Source: an uncultured bacterium
Lineage (GTDB): Bacteria; Verrucomicrobiota; Verrucomicrobiia; Limisphaerales; UBA8199
Direction: 5' to 3'
Length of the DNA: 64,000 bases
Assembly: GCA_963749495.1 (NCBI GenBank)
Contig: CAVVMW010000001.1
Location: forward strand, 96,001 to 160,000
Position numbers and translations under genes: made by a program. Positions within the stretch are counted from its first letter, which is position 1, and each line of letters opens with the position of its first letter. Below, piece by piece: positions 51,027-62,000 of the stretch. The notes under the pieces were generated by a model, which worked only from the letters and a program-made list of their open reading frames with translations, did not search any database and was not told the DNA's origin.

Positions 51027-53713
51027 ATGGCCAGCGATGCCCAACTGACCCCGATGATGGCGCAGTACCGCCGGATCAAGAGCGAGCTGCCCAAGGACGC
51101 CGTGCTGCTGTTCCGGCTGGGCGATTTCTATGAGATGTTCTTCGAGGACGCCCAGGCGGGGGCGCAGTTGCTCAATGTGGCGTTGACCAAGCGCGGCGTG
51201 GTGCCGATGTGCGGCATCCCGTTTCACGCCGCCAATGCCTACATCGGCCGGCTGCTGCGGGCCGGGCGCAAGGTGGCCATCTGCGACCAGATGGAAGAGG
51301 CGCGCCCCGGCCAACTGGTCAAGCGCGAGGTCACGCAGATCCTCAGTCCCGGCACGCATTTCGACGAGCGGATGCTGGCGGCGGAGCGGAACAATTTCCT
51401 GGCGGCCGTCTGCCCGGCCGGCAACCGCTTCGGCCTGGCCTGCGCGGATCTGACGACGGGCGATTTCCGCGCGACCGAGGTGGAGGGGGAGGCGGCGCTG
51501 CTGGGCGAATTGCAGCGGCTGCGGCCGGCCGAGGTCATCTGCCCCGAGCAAGCCCAGGCCCTGCGCCACCTCCTCCAGGACGGCTTCAGCCCCCAGCCCG
51601 GCGCCGGGGCTGCCCAACCCGGCGGCGCGGCAACGGCACACCCCGCGCAGGCCAGACGCCCGCTCCACAGCGCCGCCGCCGCCGCGTCGTTCGGCTGGAT
51701 TCTCAACACTTACGAGGACTGGGTCTTTGCCCCGGAAACCGCGCTCTTCACCGTGCGCGACCATTTCCAGGTGGCGTCGCTCGACGGGTTCGGGCTCAAG
51801 GACCGCAGCGCGGCCATCGGGGCGGTGGGCGCGCTGCTCCATTACCTGACGCAGCACCTGAGGCGGGATGCGGCCAACCTGCTGCGGATTTCCTTTTATC
51901 AGCGCAGCGATTACGTGGGGCTGGATTTCACAACGTTGCGGCACCTGGAGATTCTGGAGCCGCTGCGCCACGATGCCCCGCGCAATGCCTCGCTCTATGG
52001 GGCGGTCAATCGGACCGTGACGCCGATGGGGGCGAGGCGGTTGCGGGAATGGCTCTCGCAGCCGCTGGCGGCAGTCGAGCCAATCCAGCGGCGGCAGGAG
52101 GCGGTGCAGCGGCTCCTGGACCACCCTGCCGGGCTGGAGGCCCTGCGCGCGCAGTTGGGCCAGGTGCGGGACCTGGAGCGGACCACCGGGCGGCTGAGCG
52201 CCGGGTCGGGCAACGCGCGGGACCTCCTGGCCCTGCGGCTGGCGCTGGAGCAGGTGCCGGGCTCAAGGCCGCGCTGGCGGACCTGGCCACCGCCGGCGCC
52301 GGCGCGCCCGCCCGCCTCGGGGAGGGTCCGCCGCTGCTGGGGGCCGAGGCGGCGCGCCAGGACGCTCCCTGCCTGCTGGCCGAGTTGGCGGGGCAGGCCG
52401 GCGAATTGCCGGACCTGGTCGAGTTGATTGCCCGCGCCATCGTGGATGAACCGCCGCTGGCCCTCAAGGAGGGCGGGCTGATCCGCGACGGTTTTGACGC
52501 CGCCCTGGATGAGTTGCGGGCGGCCATGAGGGGCGGCAAGGACTGGATCGCCCGGCTGCAGCAGGACGAGATTTCCCGCACCGGCATCCAGTCGCTCAAG
52601 GTCCGCTTCAACTCCGTCTTCGGCTACTACATCGAGGTCACCAAGGCGAACCTGGCTCGGGTGCCCCCGCACTATGTCCGCAAGCAGACGATTGCCAACG
52701 GGGAACGGTTCATCACGCCCGAGCTCAAGGAGATGGAGGGCAAGATCCTCGGCGCCGAGGAGCGCAGCGTGAAGCTGGAGTATGAGCTGTTTGGGCGGGT
52801 GCGCGAGGCGGTGCTGGAGCGGCTGGCGGCGTTGCAGCGCTCGGCCTCGGCCCTGGCCCAAGTGGACGTGCTCTGCGCCTTGGCCGAGACGGCGCGGCTC
52901 TTCAACTACTGCCGCCCGCAGTTTGACACACGGCCCATCCTCGTCATCCGCGACGGCCGCCACCCGGTCCTCGAGCAGACCCTCACCGAGGAGCGGTTCG
53001 TGCCCAACGACACGCGCCTGGAAGACGACACCCAGATCGCCCTCATCACCGGGCCGAACATGGCCGGCAAGAGCACCTACATCCGCCAGGTGGCCCTGCT
53101 GGTGTTGCTGGCCCACACCGGCTCGTTCATCCCCGCCGCCCAGGCGCGCCTGGGCCTGGTCGACCGCATCTTCACCCGCATCGGCGCCAGCGACGACCTG
53201 GCGCGCGGCCAATCCACCTTCATGGTCGAGATGTGCGAGACCGCCAACATCCTCAACAACGCCACCCCGCGCAGCCTCATCATCCTGGACGAAATCGGCC
53301 GCGGCACCAGCACCTTCGACGGCCTGAGCCTGGCCTGGAGCATCGTCGAGCACCTTCACAACCAGGTCGGCGCCAAGACCCTCTTCGCCACCCATTACCA
53401 CGAACTGACCGAACTGGCCGCGCGCCTGCCCCGCCTCAAGAATTACAACGTCGCCGTCCGCGAGTGGCGCGACCAGGTCGTCTTCCTGCGCAAGATCGTC
53501 GAGGGCGGCACCGACAAGAGTTACGGCATCCAGGTCGCCCGCCTGGCCGGTGTGCCCCGCCCCATCCTCGACCGCGCCAAGCAAATCCTGCGCAACCTCG
53601 AGGAATCCGAACTGACCCCCGAGGGCAACGTCCGCCAGCCCACCCGCCGCCAGAAGGACCTCGAGAAACTCCAGCAGCTTGCCCCGCCGCCGCAGATGGA
53701 CCTCTTCGGGTAG
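51027..53713 (+). CDS. mutS: DNA mismatch repair protein MutS; frameshift near 52260
   Basis: TPMMAQY, FRLGDFYEMF; second frame TGPNMAGKSTY, STFMVEM, DEIGRGTST, ATHYHEL; C-terminal QMDLF clamp-binding motif. Confidence 0.96.
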
Positions 53714-53750
53714 GCCCGGGGTCCGCAACCTGGGTCAAGGGAGAACTTCC

Positions 53751-53889
53751 TCGCAACCTTCGTCGCAACCTTTGTCGAAGCCTTTGTCGAAACCGTTGTC
53801 GCATTCCCTGACGTTCGGTCCAGGCGCTCACGTCCGCGACAGCACCGCCAAAGGAAGCGCCAAAGGAAGCGACAAAGGTTGCGACAAAG
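53751..53889. repeat. Inverted pair of 12-mer tandem arrays
   Basis: (TCGcAAcCTTtG)x4, then (CGcCAAAGGaaG)x3-4. Confidence 0.65.
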
Positions 53890-54033
53890 ACAAGAAAGTG
53901 ATCCAACGGCCTCTGCTGTGCAGCGCCGCCCTGGGGGAGTCGTGAAGGCGCACCCCCCCGGCGCGCGATTCATCCCGGAGCGAGGAAAGATGGTAGCCGA
54001 ATTCATTCGGACCTGCCAAAATGCACCGGCTAT

Positions 54034-55098
54034 ATGGTCAAAGTCATTGTGTACCTATTCCCGATGGCGGGCCTAATTCTTTTGGCCCCCGGGTGCGCCC
54101 GGGACTTGAGCCAGGACCCGAGGCGGGCAACGCCGGCGCTGGCGCCGGCAAACCCTGCCCAGGCCGCCAACCCGCTCCCGCCCGGCGCGGCCCAATCCAA
54201 AGGGCCGGAGGAAACCGAGTACAAGAAGCTCCTGGACGCCGATGACGAGGCCCAGGCGGAGGCGGACAAGTGGATTCGCGAGAACCAGGATTTCGCCGCC
54301 AAGGGCGGGGGCCTGCCCCAGGCCGAGATGAACCGGCGCATCCGCGAGCGCTTCGAGCCGGTCCGCAAGGGCTACGAGGACTTCATCCAGCGCCACCCGG
54401 AGCACGCGCGCGCCCGCGTGGCCTTTGCCGGATTCCTGGGCGACCTTGGGGAAGACGACGCCGCCAAGGCGCAGTTGGAACGGGCCATGGCGCTCGACCC
54501 CAACAACCCGGCCGTCTATAACAACCTGGCCAATATCTATGGCCACGAAGGCCCCGTGAAAAAGGCCTTCGAGTACTTTGGCAAGGCCCTGGAACTCAAC
54601 CCCCGCGAATCGGTCTATTACCACAACTTCGCCACGACGGTCTATGTGTTCCGCAAGGACGCGATGGAGTATTTCGGCATCGACGAACAGCAGGTCATTG
54701 AAAAGTCCATCAACCTCTATAGCAATGCCTTGAGGCTGGACCCGGACAACTTCCCGGTCGCGTCGGATGTCGCGCAGACCTACTACGCCGTCAAACCGCT
54801 GCGGGCCGACGAGGCGCTCAATGCCTGGACCAACGCCTTGCGCGTGGCGCACGACGAAGTCCAGCGCCAAGGCGTCCTTGTTCACATGGCCCGCATCAAG
54901 ATGGCCGCCGGCCGCTTCGCCGAGGCCCACGCCCACCTGGACAACGTCACCGACCCGGTTTACAACGAACTCAAGAGCCGGCTCGCCCGCAACCTCCAGG
55001 AGCGCGAGCGCAACCCCAGCGGCAACGCCACCAACGCGCCCCCCGCAGCCGTGGTAGGGAGCACCAACGCCCCTCCGGCGGCCATAGAGAAAAAGTAG
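54034..55098 (+). CDS. TPR-repeat lipoprotein
   Basis: Lipobox LAPGC; TPRs ALDPNNPAVYNNLANIY and ALELNPRESVYYHNFA. Confidence 0.85.
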   Translation: MVKVIVYLFPMAGLILLAPGCARDLSQDPRRATPALAPANPAQAANPLPPGAAQSKGPEETEYKKLLDADDEAQAEADKWIRENQDFAAKGGGLPQAEMNRRIRERFEPVRKGYEDFIQRHPEHARARVAFAGFLGDLGEDDAAKAQLERAMALDPNNPAVYNNLANIYGHEGPVKKAFEYFGKALELNPRESVYYHNFATTVYVFRKDAMEYFGIDEQQVIEKSINLYSNALRLDPDNFPVASDVAQTYYAVKPLRADEALNAWTNALRVAHDEVQRQGVLVHMARIKMAAGRFAEAHAHLDNVTDPVYNELKSRLARNLQERERNPSGNATNAPPAAVVGSTNAPPAAIEKK

Positions 55099-55899
55099 CG
55101 CAAAAACCCCGTCACCGCGCAGCGGTGCTTGAAGGTAGCCGTGGTCCCATTCGTGCGATTCGTGTAATTCGTGGGACGTTCCGTGTCACCGCGTAGCGGT
55201 GCTCGAAGGTAGCCGTGGACTTCCAGTCCACGGATCCATGGCACAAGACTCCTCGCGTCGCGTAGCAACGCCTGAAACCCAGGAGCCGTTCTGCCAGTGT
55301 GAAGCCATCGAGCGTCGCTACGCGACGCGTGATTTTTCCAGCGCCCCCCACCGTGGACCGAGGTCCACGGCTACCTTCACCACGTCGCGACGCGACGCAC
55401 CCGCTGCGCCCTCTCCCCATCGGATGGGGAGAGGGTTAGGGTGAGGGGTCTGCCCGGCGCTCCGCCTCCGCCTTCACTGACCGATTTCTGGGGAGCAAAG
55501 AATGTTGTTGCCAAAACCGCGAAAACGGAGCACAAACGGCGATGGTTGGAGTTCGGTCGCAGAATCTGATGCACCATGAACTTTCGGGACTTCTTTATCA
55601 CGGACACCGGCCGCGTCCAGAGGCGGCACGGCCATCAGTGCCTCCTCACCTCACTTGATGAGTTCCTGGTACTCATTCGGACCGTAAGCGCTCGCAGGCT
55701 TTCCGCAGTCTCCGGCTTCGAGCATCTTCTTCGATCTGCCGATCCCACTCTTCGCCACGGCGCGCGCGCAGGGACCGCTATTTCAAGCGGTCCCGTTCAA
55801 TGGGGCCGCGCCCCGGGGGCGCGGAGAGCTTTCTCAGCTACGCGCGGAACTCTAAAAAACAAAACGCTTCAATGGGGCCTCGGCCACGACAGCCAGTTC

Positions 55900-56412
55900 T
55901 CATCCCGGGTCGAGGAAGGCTATGTTGTCGGGATTTACATCGGTGAAAAACACACCGTGCTGGGAACGGAAGTCGTCGAGGACGGACTGGACAACCGGCC
56001 AGCGAGGACCGAACTGCTCGCGCTTCTGCTCCAGCCAATCCGCCAGGACATCCTCGGGGAACTCAGGGCCTTTGTCCAAAAAGGCCCCGGCGAAATCAAG
56101 CACGTACGGCTTGACGACGACCGTCATCTCGATTCCGAGCAGATCGTCGTCGAAGCTCAAAAGCTGGGGAACATTGAACCCTTCGATTTTGTCCAGCCCG
56201 TGTTCCTTTAACCGCAAATACACATTGCGCTCCTTTTGGTAAGGCTCCAGGTGCTGAAAGATCTTGATTGCAGACCTGAAAGGTCTCTGTTTACTTTCTG
56301 CTACGAAGACGATACCGTGCATCCCGAGGCCAAGCCGGTCACCGAGCGTGACTGCGTGCCGGCTGGCGTATGCCTCGGCGTTTCGAAGCAAGAGCTTTTC
56401 GTTTAAAATCAT
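55900..56412 (-). CDS. Minimal protein-kinase-like fold protein (170 aa)
   Basis: LGLGMHGIVF Gly loop, AIK, YQKERNVY alphaC Glu, VLDFAGA, TDVNPDNI. Confidence 0.7.
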   Translation of the reverse strand: MILNEKLLLRNAEAYASRHAVTLGDRLGLGMHGIVFVAESKQRPFRSAIKIFQHLEPYQKERNVYLRLKEHGLDKIEGFNVPQLLSFDDDLLGIEMTVVVKPYVLDFAGAFLDKGPEFPEDVLADWLEQKREQFGPRWPVVQSVLDDFRSQHGVFFTDVNPDNIAFLDPG

Positions 56413-56647
56413 GCACAACCAAAACCGCCACTCCGCAGAGGTCCGGATGATGTTGCTGCTCAACGGACAAGCCATCCCCATCGCCCAGATGGGGGCCGAG
56501 TTCCTCATGCTTGACAGCCCCGTCGCGCACGCGCCCTGCGTCGCCGATGTCATGCTGACTGTGGACGGACACGAGCAGCGCTGGTCAGTCCGTCTGCCAG
56601 AAGGCATCCGACCCGACCGGAGGCGCGTGCCAGGTGCAAACATTTAG
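56411..56647 (+). CDS. Small hypothetical beta-rich protein
   Basis: HSAEVRMMLLLNGQAIPIAQMGAEFLML...LTVDGHEQRWSVRLPEGI; protein-like composition. Confidence 0.55.
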   Translation: MHNQNRHSAEVRMMLLLNGQAIPIAQMGAEFLMLDSPVAHAPCVADVMLTVDGHEQRWSVRLPEGIRPDRRRVPGANI

Positions 56648-56961
56648 CTTGCATTCCGGCTGCAAAAGTACCATCGTTGGTCGTGTATGTCAACACCTTC
56701 GTTTTATTTTTCAGAGTCAGGCCCGCCCTGCAGGAAATCGCGGCTCGCCCCCCTCGCTGGCTCCCGGACCATCCTGGATCAGGCTACCGACCGGCCGAAA
56801 CACTTCGGGATAACCTTTGCCGGGCAGGCCTTCACCGCTTCCGGGGCCGATCAGGCAGCGCCGGATTTTCCTCATGTGGAATGTTCTTGCCGAGGCCCGC
56901 GAAAAGAAGCACAAGGACCCTACAGCACCATTTGGAAGTCAGGCCCGGAATTTGAGCGAAT

Positions 56962-59878
56962 ATGAACTTCGGGGAATTCTTTGAAGCCGCGACGGGTAAC
57001 CCGCCTTATGGCTACCAGTGCCGGCTTGCCTGCGGCAGCGACGCACGCTCTGACAAACCCGAAACCCTGACGGGAGGTTCCGAATGCCGCTCGCTGCTGA
57101 TGAACGTCCCGACCGGCTTGGGCAAAACCGCCGCAGTCGTTCTGGCATGGCTGTGGAACCGGGCTGCGCATGCCGACCTTGCCCACCGAACGACTTCGCC
57201 GCGCCGCTTGGTCTATTGTCTGCCGATGCGGACGCTGGTCGAACAGACGGAGCGCGAAATCGCAAAGTGGCTGACGAACCTGTGGAACAAGACGGATCAA
57301 CTTGGATTCGGCGCCCATGCGAAGCAACAACTGGGATGGCTCGTGGAGCATTCGCCGATCATCCTCATGGGCGGGGAAAAAGCGGACCGGGATTGGGACG
57401 TTTGGCCTGAACAGCCCGCCATCCTCGTCGGCACCCAGGACATGTTGCTCTCCCGTGCCCTCAATCGCGGTTACGGCATGAGCCGCTACCGCTGGCCGAT
57501 GCATTTCGGACTGCTGAACAACGATTGCCTGTGGGTCATGGACGAGACGCAGCTGATGGGGCCTGGGCTATGGACCTCGGCTCAGCTTGACTGGATGCGC
57601 GACCGGCGTTTCAAGAGCGCTCGACCATCCTTCACTTGGTGGACGAGTGCAACACTGGGGACCCAATTCTTGGAAACCAAGGACCGGAAGGACAGCAAGA
57701 TGGAATTGCCGGAGCCGGTCGTTGTCGGCGACGACCCCAACGCGCAGTCAATCCTGGGCGCTGTTCGTCCTGCCTCATGGTGGGCGCCGCCCAATCAGTC
57801 GGCGCCGGGTTCAAAGACCAGGAGTGCGACGAAGCATTCGGCACAGGAAGGCGAATCGTTCTTTTGCTTGCTCGCGGCGGCGATTGGCGACGAACACCTG
57901 AGCGGCTCTCTGTCCCTGGGCATTTGCAACACCGTGAGAGGGGCGCAACAACTGAAGCAGGCCATTGACGGGCTCCGGGAATCGGGGCGCTGTCCGCACG
58001 ACGTCATTCTGTTGACGTCTCCGGTTCCGCCCCTCTGACCGCAAGGAGTCTATGGACAAGCTCGTTGCCTTCGAGCGTCAACGAAAAGACAGCGAGCGAG
58101 GTTCCGCCGTTCCGCCCGCGGGTTTGATCTGCGTGACCACGCAAGTCATTGAGGCTGGTGTGGATGTTTCCGCGCGCCGAATTTGGATGGCATTGGCCCC
58201 GTGGCCCTCGCTCATCCAACGTCTCGGACGGCTCAATCGAGACGGAAAGCTAAACGGGCAGGCCAAGGCGTACTTCTTCAAGCAGCCCGCCGACGCCAAA
58301 ATCAAACCGAAAGACCGGATCGGGCCTTACCTCGCAACTGACTTACAGTTGGCCGAAAAGTTGGCCGACCACCTGGTCAAGATTTACGACGCACAGCCGG
58401 ACCTTGCAGCCGTGGAGGCCCTTGCACGGCTGACGAAGAACTCAGCAACGAAGGAACTCGCCGGAGACGCTTTGAGCGTGAAACCGGAACCATTCCCCCG
58501 TGCGTTGGTGGTTCATGGGCTGTTCTCGACGGAGCCAGATGTTTTCGGTGGGTTCACGGATGTCGGCCCCTTCATCCGGAACTCTGACCCCGACGCCGAT
58601 GTGACTGTGTTTTGGCGAGAGTGGAAGGGCAAGCAACGAGCGCTCTCTGGTGACGCTTTGGCTGGACCACATTTCACGGCTGACGAAGGCTGCCAAGTTC
58701 CTTTTTGGAGACTCCGAGACTTTCTCGGCGATCAGCGAAGGGCTTGGGTGTGGAGTCCGAAAAACGCAGATGGAGAACCCGCTTGGGAACCCGTCAATCC
58801 ATCATCGGTCTGCCCCGGCATGGTCGTCATGCTGCCGGCGGCCTTTGGAGGCTACAGCCAGTCCGTCGGCTGGACCGGTAATCGAGACCACACGTTGGCC
58901 AACCTTCCGTTACCGGGTCCATTCGAGGAAGGCTACAGCCACGACCAATTCAGCGAAAAGGGATGGTGGGTGGAACTCGGAACGCACCTCGACAACGTCG
59001 AGAACGTAGCGAGACAAATCGCTTCAGTCTTGGAACTGCCAGCCCCACTCGCCGAATCAATCGTCACGGCAGGAGCTTTTCACGACATCGGCAAGGCCCT
59101 CGCGCCGTGGCAATTCGCCTTGCCCCAGCCGCTGAAAGATTGTTTGAAGCTGTGGGCCAAAGCACCATACTGGCTAAAAGTGTCCGGTGCGGCGAAGCAG
59201 GTGAAGGTTCAAACCCTCACCGAGCATCTGCGCACCTTGTGTTCAGGCGTCGGAGAAGTGCAACAAGAAGCGAGCGAGGACGGAATCGTCACTCTGCGCT
59301 GGCTGCTATCACGACCGCTGACCGCAGACGAAAAAGAGCGCCTCACTTCTTTCATCGGCGTCCAGCGGGCTTCGATGGTTCCTTTTCGCCCCAAGCTCCG
59401 CCACGAAGCCGCGTCCGCACTGGCGTTGTGGCACCGTTACTTCCGAGCCAAGACGACGGACTTCCCGGCGCTGGTCATCTACCTCGCCGCTGCCCATCAC
59501 GGCAAGGTCCGCACGGTGCTGGCGTCCCGCGAAGCTGACGGCCAGGATGTCTGCGGGGTGCCCAAGTCAGCGCAAACGCTCCCTTGGCCCGCTAAAGACA
59601 ATCCGATGGCGCTTGATTTCACATGCGCAACGGACGGTGCCGAAGGCAAGTTTTCGGAAGATGGAACAGGGTTTTTCTTTGAATCACCCGGCTGGACTGC
59701 GCTCGTCGCTGACCTGCTTGGCCCTTGTCAGGAAACGGCAGAGACAACTGCATCCTCCGCAGTGCCTGCCGGTGAGCCTTCCAAACTGGGGCCGTTTGCG
59801 CTCGCTTGGCTCGAAGTGCTCGTGCGGGCGGCGGACGAGCGAGCCAGCGCACAACCCTCCCACCGTTTGCCACCTTGA
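56962..59878 (+). CDS. cas3: Type I-G (I-U) Cas3: helicase followed by C-terminal HD nuclease; frameshift near 58022
   Basis: PTGLGKT, RRLVYCLPMRTLVEQ, DETQ, TQVIEAGVDVS, QRLGRLNR; then HL...FHDIGKA, RHE, HHGKVR, RAADERAS. Confidence 0.93.
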
Positions 59879-59882
59879 GCCG

Positions 59883-62000
59883 ATGCGAACTTCTGCCGCA
59901 GATTCACGAAGCACGCTATCAGCCGGGAGATGGCCGGTAGTCACACTGCCCGGTGTGTCGCTGGACAGCTTGGGGCTTTACTTGTCTGCCTTGGGGCTCC
60001 TCGCAGTGACCTGCCGCCAGTGGCCGACGGCGCGCGGATGCTGGCGGCAGGGTTCCTTTGTGCTGGTCAATGGCCCGCCAACTCTTGGCGAACTGCTTCG
60101 CTACCTTTCCGAAGTGGGGAGTGAGGGTGCATGGCGGACCTACAAGCCAACGTGGATCGAGAGCAAAAAGAAAGACCGCGGCAAGGAACCCGTCAATACG
60201 CGGCACTGGGCATCATTCGAAGCGGATGAGAGCATTCTGCCCCTGTTCGCCGCCCATCTGGCATGTGGAAATCGGCTCGCTTTCAACCCCCTATTCGGCA
60301 AGGGCGGAACCGAAGGCCGACGTGATTTTGCGAAGGGTTGGCGTGAGGCTGTCGAAGATATCAAGAATCCACCGCGAGGGGTTGACCGAGAACAAGTCAG
60401 CCAGGATTTAGCCGCTCTGCTGTCTGGGGAAGCCTGCCGCCACGTTCTCGGCGACTTCAAAGCCGCGTGTTGGTTCAGCGCCGCCAACGAAATCTACAAT
60501 AGCGGCATGAAGAGCTTCAGCCGCAAAGGGCAGGTCACGCCGTGGGCGGTTGTGCTGGCGTTTGAGGCGTTTCACTTTCTCGCGGGCAGCGCCTCGCGCC
60601 AATTGGGCAACAACCGGCAGGCGAGGGGAGCTTTTCCGTTTGTCACCACGGCGGCAGCGCCGGAAAGAGAAAAAGAGGCCGGGCGCTCGGTAGGTGAGTT
60701 CTGGGCTCCGGTTTGGGAACGCCCGATGACGATTGAGGAAGTCCGCGCCTTGTTTACTCGCGGGCGCGCGGAAGTGGACGGCACAGGCGCCCTGACCCCA
60801 GCGGCGTTCGGTGCTGCCATAGTCCAGCGAGGCGTTAATGCAGGAATCGCCGAGTTCCGTCGGTTCACGCTCTTCCACACGACCAGTGCACAGACTTTCG
60901 AATCCCGGCTGGCGGCGACAATTCCCGTCGCAGGGCAGCCTGTCAGCGCGCTTTCGCAAACCGTTTCGAGAGTCTTGGCGTTGCGTGACCGCCTGCCAGC
61001 GGATCGGAAAAAAGGCCAGAGCTGGATTTATGTTGGCCTTCGCGGTCCGTTGGACGAGGCGTTGGTGAGATTGGCGGCGGAAGCAACACCAGAAGCTGGT
61101 TGCATGCTCACCGACAACTTGCTCACCGCTTTGGAGCGCGTGGATCGCAATCGCGCATTTCGCAAGACCAAGCCGCCCATTCGGTTCAGGTTGTTCCCGG
61201 CTTCTTGGGCAAAGTCACTGTTCCCGGACGCACATCCGCCATGCGAGACGCGGCTGGCGATGGCTATCTGTTCGCTCTGCGGAAACAGCGATGCTCAGAA
61301 GCCCGCTCGCTTCTTGGGCTACCGCTTCGGCATGGAACCGATCAACAAAGCCCAGCGTTTATGGGCTTTCCCCGAAGCGTCGCCCTTCCGCCGTGTGTGG
61401 GCAGGAGCCAACTTGGCGTCGGACCTGGCCGCGGTCCTTCGTCGGCGCCTTGTGGAATCTGAACCAACGGATTCGCCGCCCTTCAGGGCAGCAATGCAGA
61501 CAGGACTGGCCGACGTGCTCGATTGGCTCGATGGCGAAGTCGATGAGGCGGCGCTCGCGGCTTGGATCAACCGCTGCAGTCTCTTCGATTGGTCGGCCTG
61601 CGATCTCCCGCGATTTCCGAACCGCAACGTCGCCGATTCCGCAAATGCGCTACACGCGTTCTACGCATTTTTCCGGCCGCTGTTCGATCCCTCGGCGCTC
61701 CGGGCGATCCGCAATCCGCAGATCGAAGAACCGCCGAAAGCTGGCCCGCTCCGGTCGCTTGCTGCATTGCTCAACCGCGGCGATGTTGCCGGGGCATGGG
61801 GTCTCGCGCGCGGAGCTTATGCCCGCCTCGGCGTCCCAACAGCGGATTTCCCGATTTGGCAGGAGTTCACTCTCCAGCGCCCGCAAAGGCTGCTCGCAGC
61901 ACTCCTTGTCCCCGTCCGTTTCCACCGAATCGCCGCCGCGTTCCGCCGGTGGCAATCACCAAGTCAAATCGACAAACATGAACAAATCCAATCTGCTTGA
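59883..62000 (+). CDS. csx17: Type I-G large subunit Cas8g (Csx17)
   Basis: LGLYLSALGLL, FNPLFGKGGTEGRRDF, GEFWAPVW, RGVNAGIAEFRRF; position after cas3. Confidence 0.88.
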   Translation: MRTSAADSRSTLSAGRWPVVTLPGVSLDSLGLYLSALGLLAVTCRQWPTARGCWRQGSFVLVNGPPTLGELLRYLSEVGSEGAWRTYKPTWIESKKKDRGKEPVNTRHWASFEADESILPLFAAHLACGNRLAFNPLFGKGGTEGRRDFAKGWREAVEDIKNPPRGVDREQVSQDLAALLSGEACRHVLGDFKAACWFSAANEIYNSGMKSFSRKGQVTPWAVVLAFEAFHFLAGSASRQLGNNRQARGAFPFVTTAAAPEREKEAGRSVGEFWAPVWERPMTIEEVRALFTRGRAEVDGTGALTPAAFGAAIVQRGVNAGIAEFRRFTLFHTTSAQTFESRLAATIPVAGQPVSALSQTVSRVLALRDRLPADRKKGQSWIYVGLRGPLDEALVRLAAEATPEAGCMLTDNLLTALERVDRNRAFRKTKPPIRFRLFPASWAKSLFPDAHPPCETRLAMAICSLCGNSDAQKPARFLGYRFGMEPINKAQRLWAFPEASPFRRVWAGANLASDLAAVLRRRLVESEPTDSPPFRAAMQTGLADVLDWLDGEVDEAALAAWINRCSLFDWSACDLPRFPNRNVADSANALHAFYAFFRPLFDPSALRAIRNPQIEEPPKAGPLRSLAALLNRGDVAGAWGLARGAYARLGVPTADFPIWQEFTLQRPQRLLAALLVPVRFHRIAAAFRRWQSPSQIDKHEQIQSA

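Noticed and set aside
51580..51700. Ala/Pro/Gly-rich insert in MutS as an intein or mobile element
   Set aside because: Only about 40 aa, with no intein terminal motifs or flanking repeats; probably a variable loop.
10332..53728. Long opposite-strand ORFs (10332-11882, 24279-25730, 25733-27778, 30684-32528, 39863-41758, 48694-50037, 51995-53728)
   Set aside because: Shadow ORFs of well-supported genes in high-GC DNA; no motifs.
56650..56960. Possible CRISPR array or leader upstream of cas3
   Set aside because: No direct repeats with unique spacers were seen here or anywhere in the window.
58010..58060. Programmed frameshift or natural split of cas3
   Set aside because: No slippery heptamer is present; the break is inside the helicase and matches the indel pattern seen in other genes.
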